From: an uncultured Planctomycetia bacterium
GTDB lineage: Bacteria > Omnitrophota > Gorgyraeia > Gorgyraeales > Gorgyraeaceae
Direction: 5' to 3'
Length of the DNA: 64,000 bases
Assembly (NCBI GenBank): GCA_964652265.1
Contig: CAZZAL010000001.1
Location: forward strand, 37,783-101,782
Made by a program: the position numbers and the translations under genes. This document shows positions 43,704 through 56,448 of this stretch, piece by piece. The notes under the pieces were generated by a model. That model was not told where the DNA came from. It was given only the letters and a program-made list of their open reading frames with translations, and ran no database searches. Position 1 is the stretch's first letter, and each line of letters opens with the position of its first letter.

Positions 43704-43704
43704 T

Positions 43705-43902
43705 TCAATTCTTCTCCGTTATATAGCCTCTGTTTCCTGAGGTAGGCTGGTCTTTGGTAGACTCTATGGTAGGCGGTTTGTAGAACTTGTTACGGATCAA
43801 CTTTTGTTTGGTTAGCTCCCCATTAACATAAAGCCATGTTATAACAGCGAGCATCAGGGATATCATCTTTATCCAAAAATTATTTACTATCCAATTTTTC
43901 AT
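43705..43902 (-). CDS. Small membrane protein resembling only the N-terminal anchor of CdaR/YbbR
   Basis: NNFWIKMISLMLAVITWLYVN matches the CdaR-type anchor pattern; starts 3 nt after cdaA and ends 1 nt before pdxJ. Confidence 0.7.
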   Translation of the reverse strand: MKNWIVNNFWIKMISLMLAVITWLYVNGELTKQKLIRNKFYKPPTIESTKDQPTSGNRGYITEKN

Positions 43903-43905
43903 AAA

Positions 43906-44682
43906 TTACCTCAACCAGGAAAACAGACCCTTTTTCTTTCTGTCAGGCCTGAAAAGATTGTTCAGGGCACGCTCCAGCGCGTCCTTATCAAGATTATGAG
44001 TGAGCTTTCCACTATTTGCAATAGAGATCCCACCCGTTTCTTCAGAAATTACTATCACCACCGCGTCAGTCTCTTCGCTCAAACCAAGCGCTGCCCTGTG
44101 TCTCGTGCCAAGCGTCCTGGAAATCCTTGGGTTCTGCGTAAGTGGAAACAAACATCCAGCCCCCACAACGCGATCCCCTGAGATCACCACGCCTCCGTCG
44201 TGAAGCGGCGCGTTCGGCATGAAAATAGTTATCAAAAGCTCTGTCGTCACCCTTGCATCTATATCTATACCGCTTTCCACATAATGGCTCAACCTCGAGT
44301 CTTTTTCAATCGCCACGAGCGCTCCGATCTTTCTTTTTGAAAGCGAAAGCACTGCCTCGGTAACTTCTTTTATGATCTCGGATTCCTTAAGAAAAATCTC
44401 AGACCACCTGTGCTGCCCGATACTTGCAAGCCCACGCCTAAGCTCTGGCTGAAATATGATCAAGACCGCGATAACCGATATAGCAAAAAGTTTTGTGAAT
44501 ATCCAGCTTATCGTGTCCAGACCCAGCTTCTGGGTGACAATAAAAAAGAGTACTATGAGGACTATGCCTTTTAAGACCTGGACCCCGCGTGTGCCCCTGG
44601 CAAATATCAAAACAAAATAAAACGCAAACCATAATATCCCTATCTCGAGGAATATTTTTATTAGATTGACATAATCAGACAT
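43906..44682 (-). CDS. dacA: Diadenylate cyclase CdaA/DacA
   Basis: Three N-terminal TM helices, IIFQPELRR, PLHDGGV (DGA-like), GTRHRAA, SEETG. Confidence 0.94.
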   Translation of the reverse strand: MSDYVNLIKIFLEIGILWFAFYFVLIFARGTRGVQVLKGIVLIVLFFIVTQKLGLDTISWIFTKLFAISVIAVLIIFQPELRRGLASIGQHRWSEIFLKESEIIKEVTEAVLSLSKRKIGALVAIEKDSRLSHYVESGIDIDARVTTELLITIFMPNAPLHDGGVVISGDRVVGAGCLFPLTQNPRISRTLGTRHRAALGLSEETDAVVIVISEETGGISIANSGKLTHNLDKDALERALNNLFRPDRKKKGLFSWLR

Positions 44683-45508
44683 TTATCGCCTCTCTTGAGC
44701 GGACGATCGCATCAGCGACCATCACGGCTTGTTTTACCGCGCTTACATCATGCGCCCTTATGATGTCCGCGTCATTCTCCACTGCTATGGCAGCCGCCGC
44801 CAGGGTTCCAAAGACTCTCTCTTTCGGCTCGACGCCAAGTATGTTTCCTATAAAAGATTTTCTTGACGGCCCTACAAGTACAGGCCTATCCATGACCTTA
44901 AAGCGTGAAAGATTGTTTAATATCTCAAGGTTATGCTCAAACGTCTTTCCGAAACCAATGCCCGGGTCTATGATAATATTTTCTTCTCTTATGCCTACCT
45001 CTCTTGCTTCTTTAACCAAAAGAGATAATCTCTCTATTATTTCTTCTATAAGATTTGTGTAAACCGGATTTTGCTGCATCGTCCGGGGCGAGCCTTTCAT
45101 GTGCATGATGACAACTCCCGCATTATAGCGAGCCGCCACCTCTCGCATGTCTTTGTCAGAATCAAGGCCGCTTATATCATTTACTATTGTTGCACCGCTA
45201 TCTAGCGCGCGCTTGGCTACCTCTGCTTTTTTTGTATCTATGGAAATAGCAACCCTTGTCTCTTTTGCCAATCTCTCGATTACAGGTATGGTCCTTTTGA
45301 TCTCTTCTTCCAGTGAAACAGGCTCTGCTCCAGGTCTTGTTGATTCGCCACCCACATCAATAATATCCGCGCCTTCAGCCACAAGCCTCTGTGCTGTCTC
45401 TATCGCTTCCCTGGTATCCTGATATACGCCGTCACCGCTGAATGAATCAGGCGTAATATTCAGGATCCCCATCACATACGTGCGCGACCCAAATTCAAAA
45501 CCCTTCAT
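44675..45508 (-). CDS. folP: Dihydropteroate synthase
   Basis: MGILNITPDSFS, DVGGESTRPG, DPGIGFGK, SRKSFI, RAHDV. Confidence 0.97.
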   Translation of the reverse strand: MKGFEFGSRTYVMGILNITPDSFSGDGVYQDTREAIETAQRLVAEGADIIDVGGESTRPGAEPVSLEEEIKRTIPVIERLAKETRVAISIDTKKAEVAKRALDSGATIVNDISGLDSDKDMREVAARYNAGVVIMHMKGSPRTMQQNPVYTNLIEEIIERLSLLVKEAREVGIREENIIIDPGIGFGKTFEHNLEILNNLSRFKVMDRPVLVGPSRKSFIGNILGVEPKERVFGTLAAAAIAVENDADIIRAHDVSAVKQAVMVADAIVRSREAINV

Positions 45509-45532
45509 TCCCCGTACACTCCTAATCAGGTA

Positions 45533-47401
45533 TCAATCAGCCGCTTTGGATCCGGAAAGCACAAGCTTCTTTACTTCATCGGAATCCATTACCTCTTTCT
45601 CCAATAATTTTTCAGCCAGCATCTTTAACTTCGACTTATTACTCGTAAGTTCTTTTCTAGCGCTGGTGTAACATTCGTCTATGATCTTCCGCACCTCTTT
45701 GTCTATTTCAACAGATGTGGCTTCACTATAATTCTTCTCTTCGGCTATGTCTCTTCCTAGAAATATCTGATCATGACGTTTCCCGAAAGTAAGGTTGCCT
45801 AATTTTTCGCTCATACCCCATCTCATGACCATATCCCTGGCAATCCCAGTAGCTTTCTCAAGATCATCTTGCGCTCCTGTCGAGAGCTCTTTAAACACAA
45901 TCTCCTCGCTCGCCCTTCCTCCCAACATACCGACTATCTTTCCGACGAGTTCCTTCTTGGTAACGATGTATCTATCCTCCACAGGTAATCTCATCGTATA
46001 ACCAAGCGCTATCCCTCTCGGAATAATGGAAACCTTATGCAATGGATCAGCTCCGGGTATCAAAAGCGCCAGAAGCGCGTGCCCTGCTTCATGGTACGCG
46101 ACTATCTTTTTTTCTTCCGAATTTATCACGCGTGTCTTCTTTTCAGGGCCAGCAATGACTCTCTCGATAGACTCTTCCAACTCCTTCATATCCACGCCAC
46201 TCTTAACCCTTCTGGCAGCAAGAAGTGCGGCTTCATTCACTAGGTTTGCAAGGTCTGCCCCTGAAAAACCCGAGGTCTGCCTTGCTATCGATTTAAACTC
46301 CACTTCCTTGTTTAATTTTATATTCTTCGCATGGACATTTAAGATCGCTTCTCTTCCTACGATATCCGGCCGAGAAATAACAATTATCCTGTCAAACCGG
46401 CCTGGCCTTAAAAGCGCTGGATCGAGCACATCCGGCCTGTTTGTGGCTGCGATCAATATCACGCCTTCCTGACTGTTAAAACCATCCATCTCCACCAAAA
46501 GTGCGTTCAGTGTCTGCTCGCGTTCATCATGTCCGCCGCCAATACCTGCAAACCTCTGTCTGCCCACCGCATCTATCTCATCAATAAAAATAATAGCGCC
46601 TTTACCTTCCATCTTTGCGGCGCGCTTTGCCTGTTCAAATAAATCCCGCACCCTTGAAGCGCCCACTCCTACAAACATCTCAACAAAGTCAGAGCCACTG
46701 ATGCTGAAAAATGGCACCTTTGCCTCGCCACTTACTGCCTTTGCCAGTAATGTCTTACCCGTGCCTGGTGGCCCCATCAAAAGCACGCCTTTCGGGATCT
46801 TTCCGCCGAGCCTCTGGAATTTCTTCGGATCCTTTAAAAACTCTATGACCTCTTGGAGTTCCTCTTTTGCCTCGTCCACGCCAGCAACATCATTAAAAGT
46901 GACCTTTGCCTTATCGCCTGCGATCTGTTTTGCTCGGCTTTTTCCGAATGAAAGTATCCTTCCTCCGCCCTGCGCGCTCCGGTATACAAAAAACCACAAA
47001 AACCCGATAAAGAGTATCATGGGACCGAGTGAATAAAAAAGATTTGCCCATAACGTCTTTGGAGGTCTCACGTCAAAATCGTCTATGTTTTGTTTCAATA
47101 ACCTCAGTAAATCCTGGTCCTGAGCAGGAATATTGACAATAAAATTGGATCCGCTGGAAAAAACTCCTTTGATGCGCTCATCGACTTTAACAGCAGAAGC
47201 TATGGCACCTGTCTCGGTATTTCTCTCGAGCAGCCTGTAGAACTCGCCATAACTTATTTCCTTCGGAGTGACCTGAGAAGAAAGGCTGCCCAGCCTTGAA
47301 AGATACAAAAGCAGCAAAAAAATACCTACCCAGAAAAAAACACTCTTACCAAGTTTATTCTTATTATTGTTCATTTTTCCAACTGGCTTTTTGCCATCCA
47401 T
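45533..47401 (-). CDS. ftsH: ATP-dependent zinc metalloprotease FtsH
   Basis: Two TM helices, [29 protein letters not shown]. Confidence 0.98.
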   Translation of the reverse strand: MDGKKPVGKMNNNKNKLGKSVFFWVGIFLLLLYLSRLGSLSSQVTPKEISYGEFYRLLERNTETGAIASAVKVDERIKGVFSSGSNFIVNIPAQDQDLLRLLKQNIDDFDVRPPKTLWANLFYSLGPMILFIGFLWFFVYRSAQGGGRILSFGKSRAKQIAGDKAKVTFNDVAGVDEAKEELQEVIEFLKDPKKFQRLGGKIPKGVLLMGPPGTGKTLLAKAVSGEAKVPFFSISGSDFVEMFVGVGASRVRDLFEQAKRAAKMEGKGAIIFIDEIDAVGRQRFAGIGGGHDEREQTLNALLVEMDGFNSQEGVILIAATNRPDVLDPALLRPGRFDRIIVISRPDIVGREAILNVHAKNIKLNKEVEFKSIARQTSGFSGADLANLVNEAALLAARRVKSGVDMKELEESIERVIAGPEKKTRVINSEEKKIVAYHEAGHALLALLIPGADPLHKVSIIPRGIALGYTMRLPVEDRYIVTKKELVGKIVGMLGGRASEEIVFKELSTGAQDDLEKATGIARDMVMRWGMSEKLGNLTFGKRHDQIFLGRDIAEEKNYSEATSVEIDKEVRKIIDECYTSARKELTSNKSKLKMLAEKLLEKEVMDSDEVKKLVLSGSKAAD

Positions 47402-47430
47402 ATAAACCTTTCTAAAAATATTAATAATTT

Positions 47431-47459
47431 ATTATAGCACCGATATAGCTAATATTCAA
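47431..47459 (-). promoter_or_regulatory. Likely sigma70 promoter for the ftsH operon
   Basis: TTGAAT, 17-nt spacer ending in TGC, then TATAAT, about 30 nt upstream of the ftsH start. Confidence 0.75.
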
Positions 47460-47481
47460 GCCCGCACCCATTAAAGGGCCC

Positions 47482-48477
47482 CTAAGTCTGATAAGTTACG
47501 ACTATGCTGCTCTTCTTTTTTACGACATTTATCCCGCCAGGCAAGTCAACTATCGAATTCCCTGGCCTCTCATTGATCAGCTTATCCATCTCCTTCCAAT
47601 GCTGGTAGGTAAGCCGTTTCAGGTCGCCTTTAAATTCCTGCAGCGCAACTCTTAGAATCCTTTTCCGTACCGCTTCTGGCTGACGTTTAAGTTTTTTGAT
47701 ATCTATGAGTATCTCTCCGTTCCTTGCCCTCGAAAGTCCCTTGAATTTCCTCTTTGAAAATTTCTCCAAAAATTCATTCTCGGTCCGCAGATTTTCGGCC
47801 ATATTAGAAAGTACTTCTTTTATGTTCGAGTTAAAATTCTTTTCCAGGTAAGGGATCAGATCTCGCCTGACCTTGTTTCTCGTAAAGACGGTCTCGTCAT
47901 TCGAAGAATCATGCCTGAACTCTAAATCATTTTTCCTGATAAAATTCTCGATCTCACTCCTGGATGTTTCGATAAGCGGTCTTAAAATCACGAGTCCATT
48001 GATATCTTTCACTGGGCTTATGCCTCCCAGACCAAGCATACCAGCGCCTCGTATCGTCCTCATGAGCACTGTCTCTGCCTGGTCGTCTTTATTATGCCCC
48101 ACTGCCAGCTTCTTGATAGATTTTAACTTCGCGACTTTTTTAAAAAAATTATATCGTTCGATCCGTGCAGCCTCTTCTGCTGAGATACTCTTCTCTTCTG
48201 CTATCTTAGGGACATCTATTTCTTCATAAGCGATTTCAAGATTTAGTCGCTTCGCTAGATCCTCGCAAAATCTCCTGTCGCCCAAAGACTCTTCTCCCCT
48301 AAATCTATGATCTAAATGTGCTATATAGATATATAAAGCATATTCTTCTTTAAGCGCTACTAACGCATGCAAAAGCGCGACTGAATCCCCTCCTCCGGAA
48401 AGTCCCACTAAAAGCCTGTCATGCTTCTCGAGCATATTATATTTTTTTATCGTGGATTTGATTTTATCAACAAACAT
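47482..48477 (-). CDS. tilS: tRNA(Ile)-lysidine synthetase (short form)
   Basis: SGGGDS PP-loop, AHLDHRFR, GHNKDDQAET, RPL, DSSN, RNKVR. Confidence 0.95.
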   Translation of the reverse strand: MFVDKIKSTIKKYNMLEKHDRLLVGLSGGGDSVALLHALVALKEEYALYIYIAHLDHRFRGEESLGDRRFCEDLAKRLNLEIAYEEIDVPKIAEEKSISAEEAARIERYNFFKKVAKLKSIKKLAVGHNKDDQAETVLMRTIRGAGMLGLGGISPVKDINGLVILRPLIETSRSEIENFIRKNDLEFRHDSSNDETVFTRNKVRRDLIPYLEKNFNSNIKEVLSNMAENLRTENEFLEKFSKRKFKGLSRARNGEILIDIKKLKRQPEAVRKRILRVALQEFKGDLKRLTYQHWKEMDKLINERPGNSIVDLPGGINVVKKKSSIVVTYQT

Positions 48478-48488
48478 AATAGATTAGA

Positions 48489-48565
48489 TGGTAGCGGCGA
48501 GTGGATTCGAACCACTGACGCGCCGGGTATGAGCCGACTGCTCTGACCAGCTGAGCTACGCCGCC
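48489..48565 (-). tRNA. tRNA with CAT anticodon, most likely elongator tRNA-Met
   Basis: GGCGGCGTAGCTCAGCTGG...CTCATAC...CGCCGCTA-CCA. It has a G1-U72 pair and lacks the initiator C1:A72 mismatch and GGG/CCC anticodon stem. Confidence 0.9.
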
Positions 48566-48573
48566 ACGCTCTC

Positions 48574-49374
48574 TTACTCCAAGACCTCGTTCAAGCTGCC
48601 TGTCCTGTATCCCTCCAAGTCCAGCGCTATATAACTAAAACCTAAACTCTTCAAGCGTCTTACTATTTTAACACAAAACTTCTGATTGAAAAATCTTTTT
48701 ATGTCTTTTTTATCAACCTCTATCCTTGCCACGTCATCGTGATACCTGACTCGGACATGTTTTATGCCCAGGTCCCTGATGAAGCCTTCTGCCTTCTCCA
48801 CCTTCGTCAACACGTCTCGGGAGATCTCTCTGCCGTAAGGGATCCTGGATGCAAGGCACGCTATCGGAGGCAATGACCATGTCGAAAGCCCCAGTTTCTT
48901 AGAATATTTTCTTATCTCACTCTTGGAAATACCTGCGTCCTGCAGGGGACTCCTCACCTTAAACTCTTTTTTTGCCCTCGCGCCAGGCCTGTAGTCAAAT
49001 TTATCGTCGAGGTTTGAGGCATCCAAGATAAACTTAAAACCACCACTTGCTGCCTCGTCCTTTAGGCTCCTGAATAATTCTTTCTTGCAGTAGTAACACC
49101 TGTCAGCCGGATTTTTAGTAAATCTTTTGTCTTTCATCTCGTCAGTAAAAATCAATCTGTGTCTTACGCCTAGCGCCTTGGTAAATCTTTTTGCCTGCTT
49201 CAGTTCTAAGCGCGTATATGTATCTGAGACAGCTGTAACAGCTAAAAGCTTCCCATCCGATAGTGTATCGTTTGCCACTTTGAGTAAAAAACTCGAGTCC
49301 AGGCCACCTGAAAACGCCACCACCGCACTTTCCATCCCCCTCAATATCTTTTCCAACTTCTCTATTTTGTTCAT
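48574..49374 (-). CDS. larE: LarE-family ATP-dependent sulfur transferase (PP-loop)
   Basis: AFSGGLDS, RCYYCK, DYRPG, ACLASRIPYG, RVR.H, GYRTGSLN. Confidence 0.85.
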   Translation of the reverse strand: MNKIEKLEKILRGMESAVVAFSGGLDSSFLLKVANDTLSDGKLLAVTAVSDTYTRLELKQAKRFTKALGVRHRLIFTDEMKDKRFTKNPADRCYYCKKELFRSLKDEAASGGFKFILDASNLDDKFDYRPGARAKKEFKVRSPLQDAGISKSEIRKYSKKLGLSTWSLPPIACLASRIPYGREISRDVLTKVEKAEGFIRDLGIKHVRVRYHDDVARIEVDKKDIKRFFNQKFCVKIVRRLKSLGFSYIALDLEGYRTGSLNEVLE

Positions 49375-49396
49375 AATCTTTATCTCTGCTGGAGAC

Positions 49397-50473
49397 CTAG
49401 TCCTCGACAGATTCTATCCAGCCGCCACCGATAACATATTCTCCGTCATAAAAAACAGCTGCCTGGCCCGGCGTAATCGCCTCCTGATGATCTAGGAACT
49501 CTACTTCGATTTTGTTTTCTTCCGTCTCTTTTAAAAACGCCTTTGCCTTTTTATGATTATACCTTATTTTAACCTCGGCGGTAAAACCCTGCTTCTCTTT
49601 TTCGCAGAACCAGTTGATGTCCCTGACGATAAACTTTTTTTTCTTTACCTCTGAAGAATCCCCGACAAAAACTTTATTCTTCTCTGCGTCTATTCTTATT
49701 ACATAAAGCGGCTTTTTATGCGCTATGCCAAGCCCCTTGCGCTGTCCTATTGTAAAATTCCAAAATCCATTATGTTGCCCGAGTATCCTACCTTCAGAAT
49801 TGACTATGTTGCCCTTTTTATCCTTTATGCCGCAATATTCCTTTATAAAATCAGGGTACTTTCCATCGATTACAAAACATATCTCCTGGCTTTCCTTCTT
49901 TTTATAAACGCTCAATCCCAGTTCCTTTGCGCTCGCCTTCACCGCTTCCTTTGAAAGATCTCCTATAGGAAAAAGCGTTTTTTTGATCTGAGACATTGTA
50001 AGCGAAAACAAGACATAAGACTGGTCCTTAGCCTTGTCTAAAGACTCTCTTAAGCTGAGCGAACCATTGTCCTTTATCCTTGCATAATGCCCCGTAGAAA
50101 TAAAGTCACACCCTAATTCTTCTGCCCTCCTCAGCAATGCCCCGAATTTTATCTTTTTATTGCAAAGGATGCAGGGATTAGGTGTCCGGCCTTCCATGTA
50201 CTCGCGCGTAAAATAATCTATCACCTCTCTTTTAAAGACATCTTCAAAGTTTAAGACATAATGCCTTATACCAAGATTATCGCATACCTTTTTTGCGTCA
50301 TCGATATCCTGAAGCGAGCAGCAAGATTTCTCCTTCTGTTTTCCGCAGTGCTCCTTTGGCCATATCTTCATGGTCGCGCCGATAACTTCATAGCCCTCGT
50401 CTTTTAAAATAGCCGCTGCCATGGAACTATCGACGCCACCGCTCATCGCAACTAGTACTCGTTCCTTCTTCAT
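49397..50473 (-). CDS. mnmA: tRNA 2-thiouridine(34) synthase MnmA
   Basis: AMSGGVDS, TPNPCILCN, TGHYA, KDQSY, ESQEICF, TIGQRKG, TPGQ; likely start ATG 50473. Confidence 0.96.
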   Translation of the reverse strand: MKKERVLVAMSGGVDSSMAAAILKDEGYEVIGATMKIWPKEHCGKQKEKSCCSLQDIDDAKKVCDNLGIRHYVLNFEDVFKREVIDYFTREYMEGRTPNPCILCNKKIKFGALLRRAEELGCDFISTGHYARIKDNGSLSLRESLDKAKDQSYVLFSLTMSQIKKTLFPIGDLSKEAVKASAKELGLSVYKKKESQEICFVIDGKYPDFIKEYCGIKDKKGNIVNSEGRILGQHNGFWNFTIGQRKGLGIAHKKPLYVIRIDAEKNKVFVGDSSEVKKKKFIVRDINWFCEKEKQGFTAEVKIRYNHKKAKAFLKETEENKIEVEFLDHQEAITPGQAAVFYDGEYVIGGGWIESVED

Positions 50474-50504
50474 TTCAATTTCTCCATGTCCGACAGACAC
50501 ATGC

Positions 50505-52673
<2,169 letters not shown>

Positions 52674-52681
<8 letters not shown>

Positions 52682-53408
52682 TGTTTTCTGCTCCTATCAG
52701 TCTTAAACCCTTTAGTGTCAACTCAGGGTCTATTTTTTTAATCGTGTTGCAATAGGGCCCTATCAGTCTCGAAGTCCCGCCTGTTGCCACTACATTGCCC
52801 TTTGCGCCATAAATCTTTTTTAACCTTCCGACGACGCCGTCGCATAAACTAGCAAAGCCGTAAACAGCTCCGTTTACCATGCTTTCCCGAGTATCTCTTC
52901 CTAAAACACCTTTTGGTTCTTTCAATCTCACCCTTGGCAACATTGCCGCCTTTTCTGACAAGGCACTGAGTGAAATCTCGATACCAGGAACGATCAAGCC
53001 CCCGGTGTATTCTTTTCTTTTGTTTACAACATCTATTGTTATCGCAGTACCAAAATCCACGACTATACATGGACCTCCGTACGCCTCATAAGCAGCCCTT
53101 GCATTCACAAGCCTGTCCTGTCCGACCTGTCGCGGATTTCCATATCGATTCTTAATCCCGCTGGATATATCCCTGCCTACGACCATCGCCTTTTTACCTA
53201 ACACTCTCTCGCATATTCTTTCTACCCGGCCTAACGCCTTTGGTACGACACTCACTATTACTGCGCCTTCGACGCCTGCTAATTTTTTAGCATACAGCGC
53301 CTCTAGGGTCTTTGCATAAGTAGGCACCCTGAATGCCTTTTTTAAAATCCTGCCGTCAAAAATGCCATTATTAATACTCGTATTTCCGATATCAACTACC
53401 AATAACAT
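52674..53408 (-). CDS. coaX: Type III pantothenate kinase
   Basis: DIGNT, VGQDR, VDFGTA, GGLIVPG, ATGG. Confidence 0.95.
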
Positions 53409-53439
53409 TCATTCACCTTTTGGTGTCCGGGTATAGATC

Positions 53440-54402
53440 CTAACGCAGCATCAAGACATCGCCCGCAAGGATCCGCTCGTTAAACCCAGAATCTAGCCTC
53501 AATATAAGAGCACCCTCTTCATCCACATCCATGGCTTGACCTGATATAAGTTTATTATGATAGTTTATTTGCACCCTCCTGTCAAGCACCGCTGAAAGTT
53601 TCCTGTATTCTTTAATGATGACATTTGTCTTGCCTTTATTAAAAATCTTATAGTATTTTTCAATATTTCTCAAGAGGGCCTTGGCAAAATCCAATCTGTC
53701 TAACGCCTCCCCTTTCTCAATAGCAAGTGAACTCGCACCCTTTGGCAACAGTTCGCTTTTTGTATTTATATTAACGCCTACGCCCAGTATGACAAAATTG
53801 ATCTTGTCAGCCTCGCCGCTCAACTCTGTCAATATCCCGCAGACTTTGTTGCCGTTCACCAAAACATCATTTGGCCATTTAATAAATGCTGGGAGATTCG
53901 TCTCCTCGCGAACCGTCTTTGCTACGCCCAGGGAAGAGATAAGTGTTATAGCGGAAAGTTCTCTCGGTAAAATATCAGGCCTGAGTATTATTGAAAAATA
54001 CGCACCTTTTGATCTTGGTGAAACCCATTTCCTTCCTAATCTACCCCGCCCCCTGGTCTGGTGTTCTGCTATCACCACCGTGCCTTCAGCTTCTCCTGAG
54101 GAAGCCATGCTGTGTGCAATATCATTCGTAGAAGAGATCTCTTTATACGAATAGATCTTTTTTCCGATCAACTCTGTATCAAGCTGCCATTTCAATTCGA
54201 TTCCAGTCAACCGGTCAGGCACAGAGACCAATCTGTAGCCAAGATGAGGAGATGCCGCGATATCATATCCTTCATCACGCAGTTTTTCAATATGCTTCCA
54301 TATGGCTGTCCGGGAAATACTGAATACCTCGCTTAGTTCTTCACCAGAGACATAACCATCCCCGCGCTTCTTAAAAAAATTCAATATCTTGTCGTCCAGC
54401 AT
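53440..54402 (-). CDS. birA: Bifunctional biotin ligase/repressor BirA (with HTH)
   Basis: SGEELS..ISRTAIWKHI HTH, QTRGRGRLGR, KWPND, KVCGIL; start may be 54402 or 54414. Confidence 0.95.
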   Translation of the reverse strand: MLDDKILNFFKKRGDGYVSGEELSEVFSISRTAIWKHIEKLRDEGYDIAASPHLGYRLVSVPDRLTGIELKWQLDTELIGKKIYSYKEISSTNDIAHSMASSGEAEGTVVIAEHQTRGRGRLGRKWVSPRSKGAYFSIILRPDILPRELSAITLISSLGVAKTVREETNLPAFIKWPNDVLVNGNKVCGILTELSGEADKINFVILGVGVNINTKSELLPKGASSLAIEKGEALDRLDFAKALLRNIEKYYKIFNKGKTNVIIKEYRKLSAVLDRRVQINYHNKLISGQAMDVDEEGALILRLDSGFNERILAGDVLMLR

Positions 54403-54428
54403 GACTTCTCTCATTAAAACCCCTATAC

Positions 54429-56390
54429 CTAGGACACCTTCAGCGCCTTTATCTGGTCCCTTATCTCAGCAGCCCTCTCAAATTGTAGATTTCTAGCACA
54501 AAGCTCCATCTCCCGCTGTAGTTCAGAAACCAATGTCTCAGCCTCATATTCTTCTTCGCTTTGACCAGCAGCCTCCATCACGATCTCATTTGCTTTTTTA
54601 GTGCCCTCTATGCCATCCCTAATCGCCTTCTCTATTGACCTGGGTTTTATATTATGCTCCTTATTAAAAGCTATTTGTTTCTGTCTGCGCCGGTCTGTTT
54701 CTCTGGTTGCCTTTTTCATGGAATCTGTCAATGTATCTGCATACATTATCACCTGTCCGTTGATATTCCTCGCGGCCCTGCCTGCAACCTGGATAAGAGA
54801 ACGCTCTGAGCGCAAAAACCCTTCCTTGTCTGCGTCTAGGATCGCCACCAGTGAGACCTCTGGCAGGTCCAGGCCTTCGCGCAATAAATTTATTCCCACA
54901 AGGCAATCAAACTTCTGCTTTCTTAGATCCCTCAAGATCTCTGCGCGCTCAATCACACTGACCTCTGAATGTATATACCGTACGCGCAGCCTTGCCTCTT
55001 TTAAATATTCCGTAAGGTCTTCTGCCATCCTTTTTGTCAGTGTCGTGACCAGTACTCTCTGACCTAAAGCTGCTCTTTCCTTTATTTTATCTATAAGGTC
55101 TTCTATCTGCCCGTCGCTCGGTTTTAAAATGATCTCTGGGTCGATGAGCCCCGTGGGCCTGATCAATTGCTCGACTACCTGTCTAGACTCCTTAAGCTCA
55201 TACTCGGAAGGTGTAGCAGAAGCAAATACCGCCTCATTGATCAAATCTGTAAATTCCTCGAAATTCAAAGGCCTGTTATCCAGCGCCGAAGGTAACCTGA
55301 ATCCATAATCAACGAGCGTTTGTTTGCGCGAGCGGTCCCCGTTATACATACCCCTCACCTGAGGTATTGTAACATGAGACTCGTCAATTATCGTCAAAAA
55401 ATCATCTGGAAAATAATCCAGAAGGCAATACGGCCTTGAACCAGGAGCCCTGGCACTTAAAAGTCTTGAATAATTTTCCACACCGCTACAAAAACCCATC
55501 TCCTTCAACATCTCAATGTCATAGCGTGTCCTGGAGCTAAGCCGCTGCGCCTCAAGCAACTTATTCTGCGCCTTCAGTTCCTTAACACGCTCTCCTAATT
55601 CTTTCCATATCAAACCGATCGCCCTATATATCTTATCCTTGGTGGTGACAAAATGCTTTGCAGGATATATAGCTATTCTTTCTGTCTCTTCTAGTGCTTT
55701 CCCTGTCAGAGGATCAATCTCTACGATCTTTTCCACTGTATCCCCGAAAAAATATATCCTATACGCTGTCTCTTTGTAGGCAGGGAATATCTCTATAATC
55801 TCTCCCCTGATCCTGAATGAACCCCGCCTGAAATCAATATCATTTCTTGAGTAGTGTATGCTTACCAGGCGCGAGGTGAGTTCACCTCTCTTTATCATCT
55901 GTCCTTTTTCTAAAAATAACAATAGATCCTGATAATCGCCAGGTGAACCCAATCCGTATATGCACGATACGCTGGCTACTATAATGACATCCCGCCTGGA
56001 CATAAGCGCGCTCGTGGCTGACAGTCGGAGCCGGTCTATATTATCGTTTATCGAAGCATCTTTTTCTATGTAGGTGTCTGTCTGCGGAACATATGCCTCT
56101 GGCTGGTAATAATCGTAATAACTGACGAAATACTCTATTGCGTTATGCGGGAAAAATTCCTTGAACTCGCTGTATAGCTGCGCAGCAAGCGTCTTATTAT
56201 GCGAGATCACCAGAGTAGGCCTCTGGAGACTGGCGATCACGTTTGCTATTGTAAACGTCTTTCCGCTGCCAGTAACACCTAAGAGTGTTTGAAAACGATT
56301 GCCTTTCTTTAGGCCGCCTAAAAGCGCCTTTATCGCCTGTGGCTGGTCTCCCTGCGGCTTAAAATTACTGACTAACTTAAATTTAGACAT
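54429..56390 (-). CDS. uvrB: Excinuclease ABC subunit B
   Basis: [39 protein letters not shown]-terminal UVR motif. Confidence 0.98.
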   Translation of the reverse strand: MSKFKLVSNFKPQGDQPQAIKALLGGLKKGNRFQTLLGVTGSGKTFTIANVIASLQRPTLVISHNKTLAAQLYSEFKEFFPHNAIEYFVSYYDYYQPEAYVPQTDTYIEKDASINDNIDRLRLSATSALMSRRDVIIVASVSCIYGLGSPGDYQDLLLFLEKGQMIKRGELTSRLVSIHYSRNDIDFRRGSFRIRGEIIEIFPAYKETAYRIYFFGDTVEKIVEIDPLTGKALEETERIAIYPAKHFVTTKDKIYRAIGLIWKELGERVKELKAQNKLLEAQRLSSRTRYDIEMLKEMGFCSGVENYSRLLSARAPGSRPYCLLDYFPDDFLTIIDESHVTIPQVRGMYNGDRSRKQTLVDYGFRLPSALDNRPLNFEEFTDLINEAVFASATPSEYELKESRQVVEQLIRPTGLIDPEIILKPSDGQIEDLIDKIKERAALGQRVLVTTLTKRMAEDLTEYLKEARLRVRYIHSEVSVIERAEILRDLRKQKFDCLVGINLLREGLDLPEVSLVAILDADKEGFLRSERSLIQVAGRAARNINGQVIMYADTLTDSMKKATRETDRRRQKQIAFNKEHNIKPRSIEKAIRDGIEGTKKANEIVMEAAGQSEEEYEAETLVSELQREMELCARNLQFERAAEIRDQIKALKVS

Positions 56391-56448
56391 ATGGTTTTGT
56401 TTACATCTTAAGGCTTCTAGCTATGCCAAAAGCCTCGAGATAGGCAAG

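Noticed and set aside
48489-48565. CAT tRNA next to tilS as tRNA-Ile2, the TilS substrate
   Set aside because: The GGCGGCG acceptor stem and CTCATAC loop resemble elongator tRNA-Met more than Ile2. Not fully excluded; tRNAscan-SE 2 isotype models would decide.
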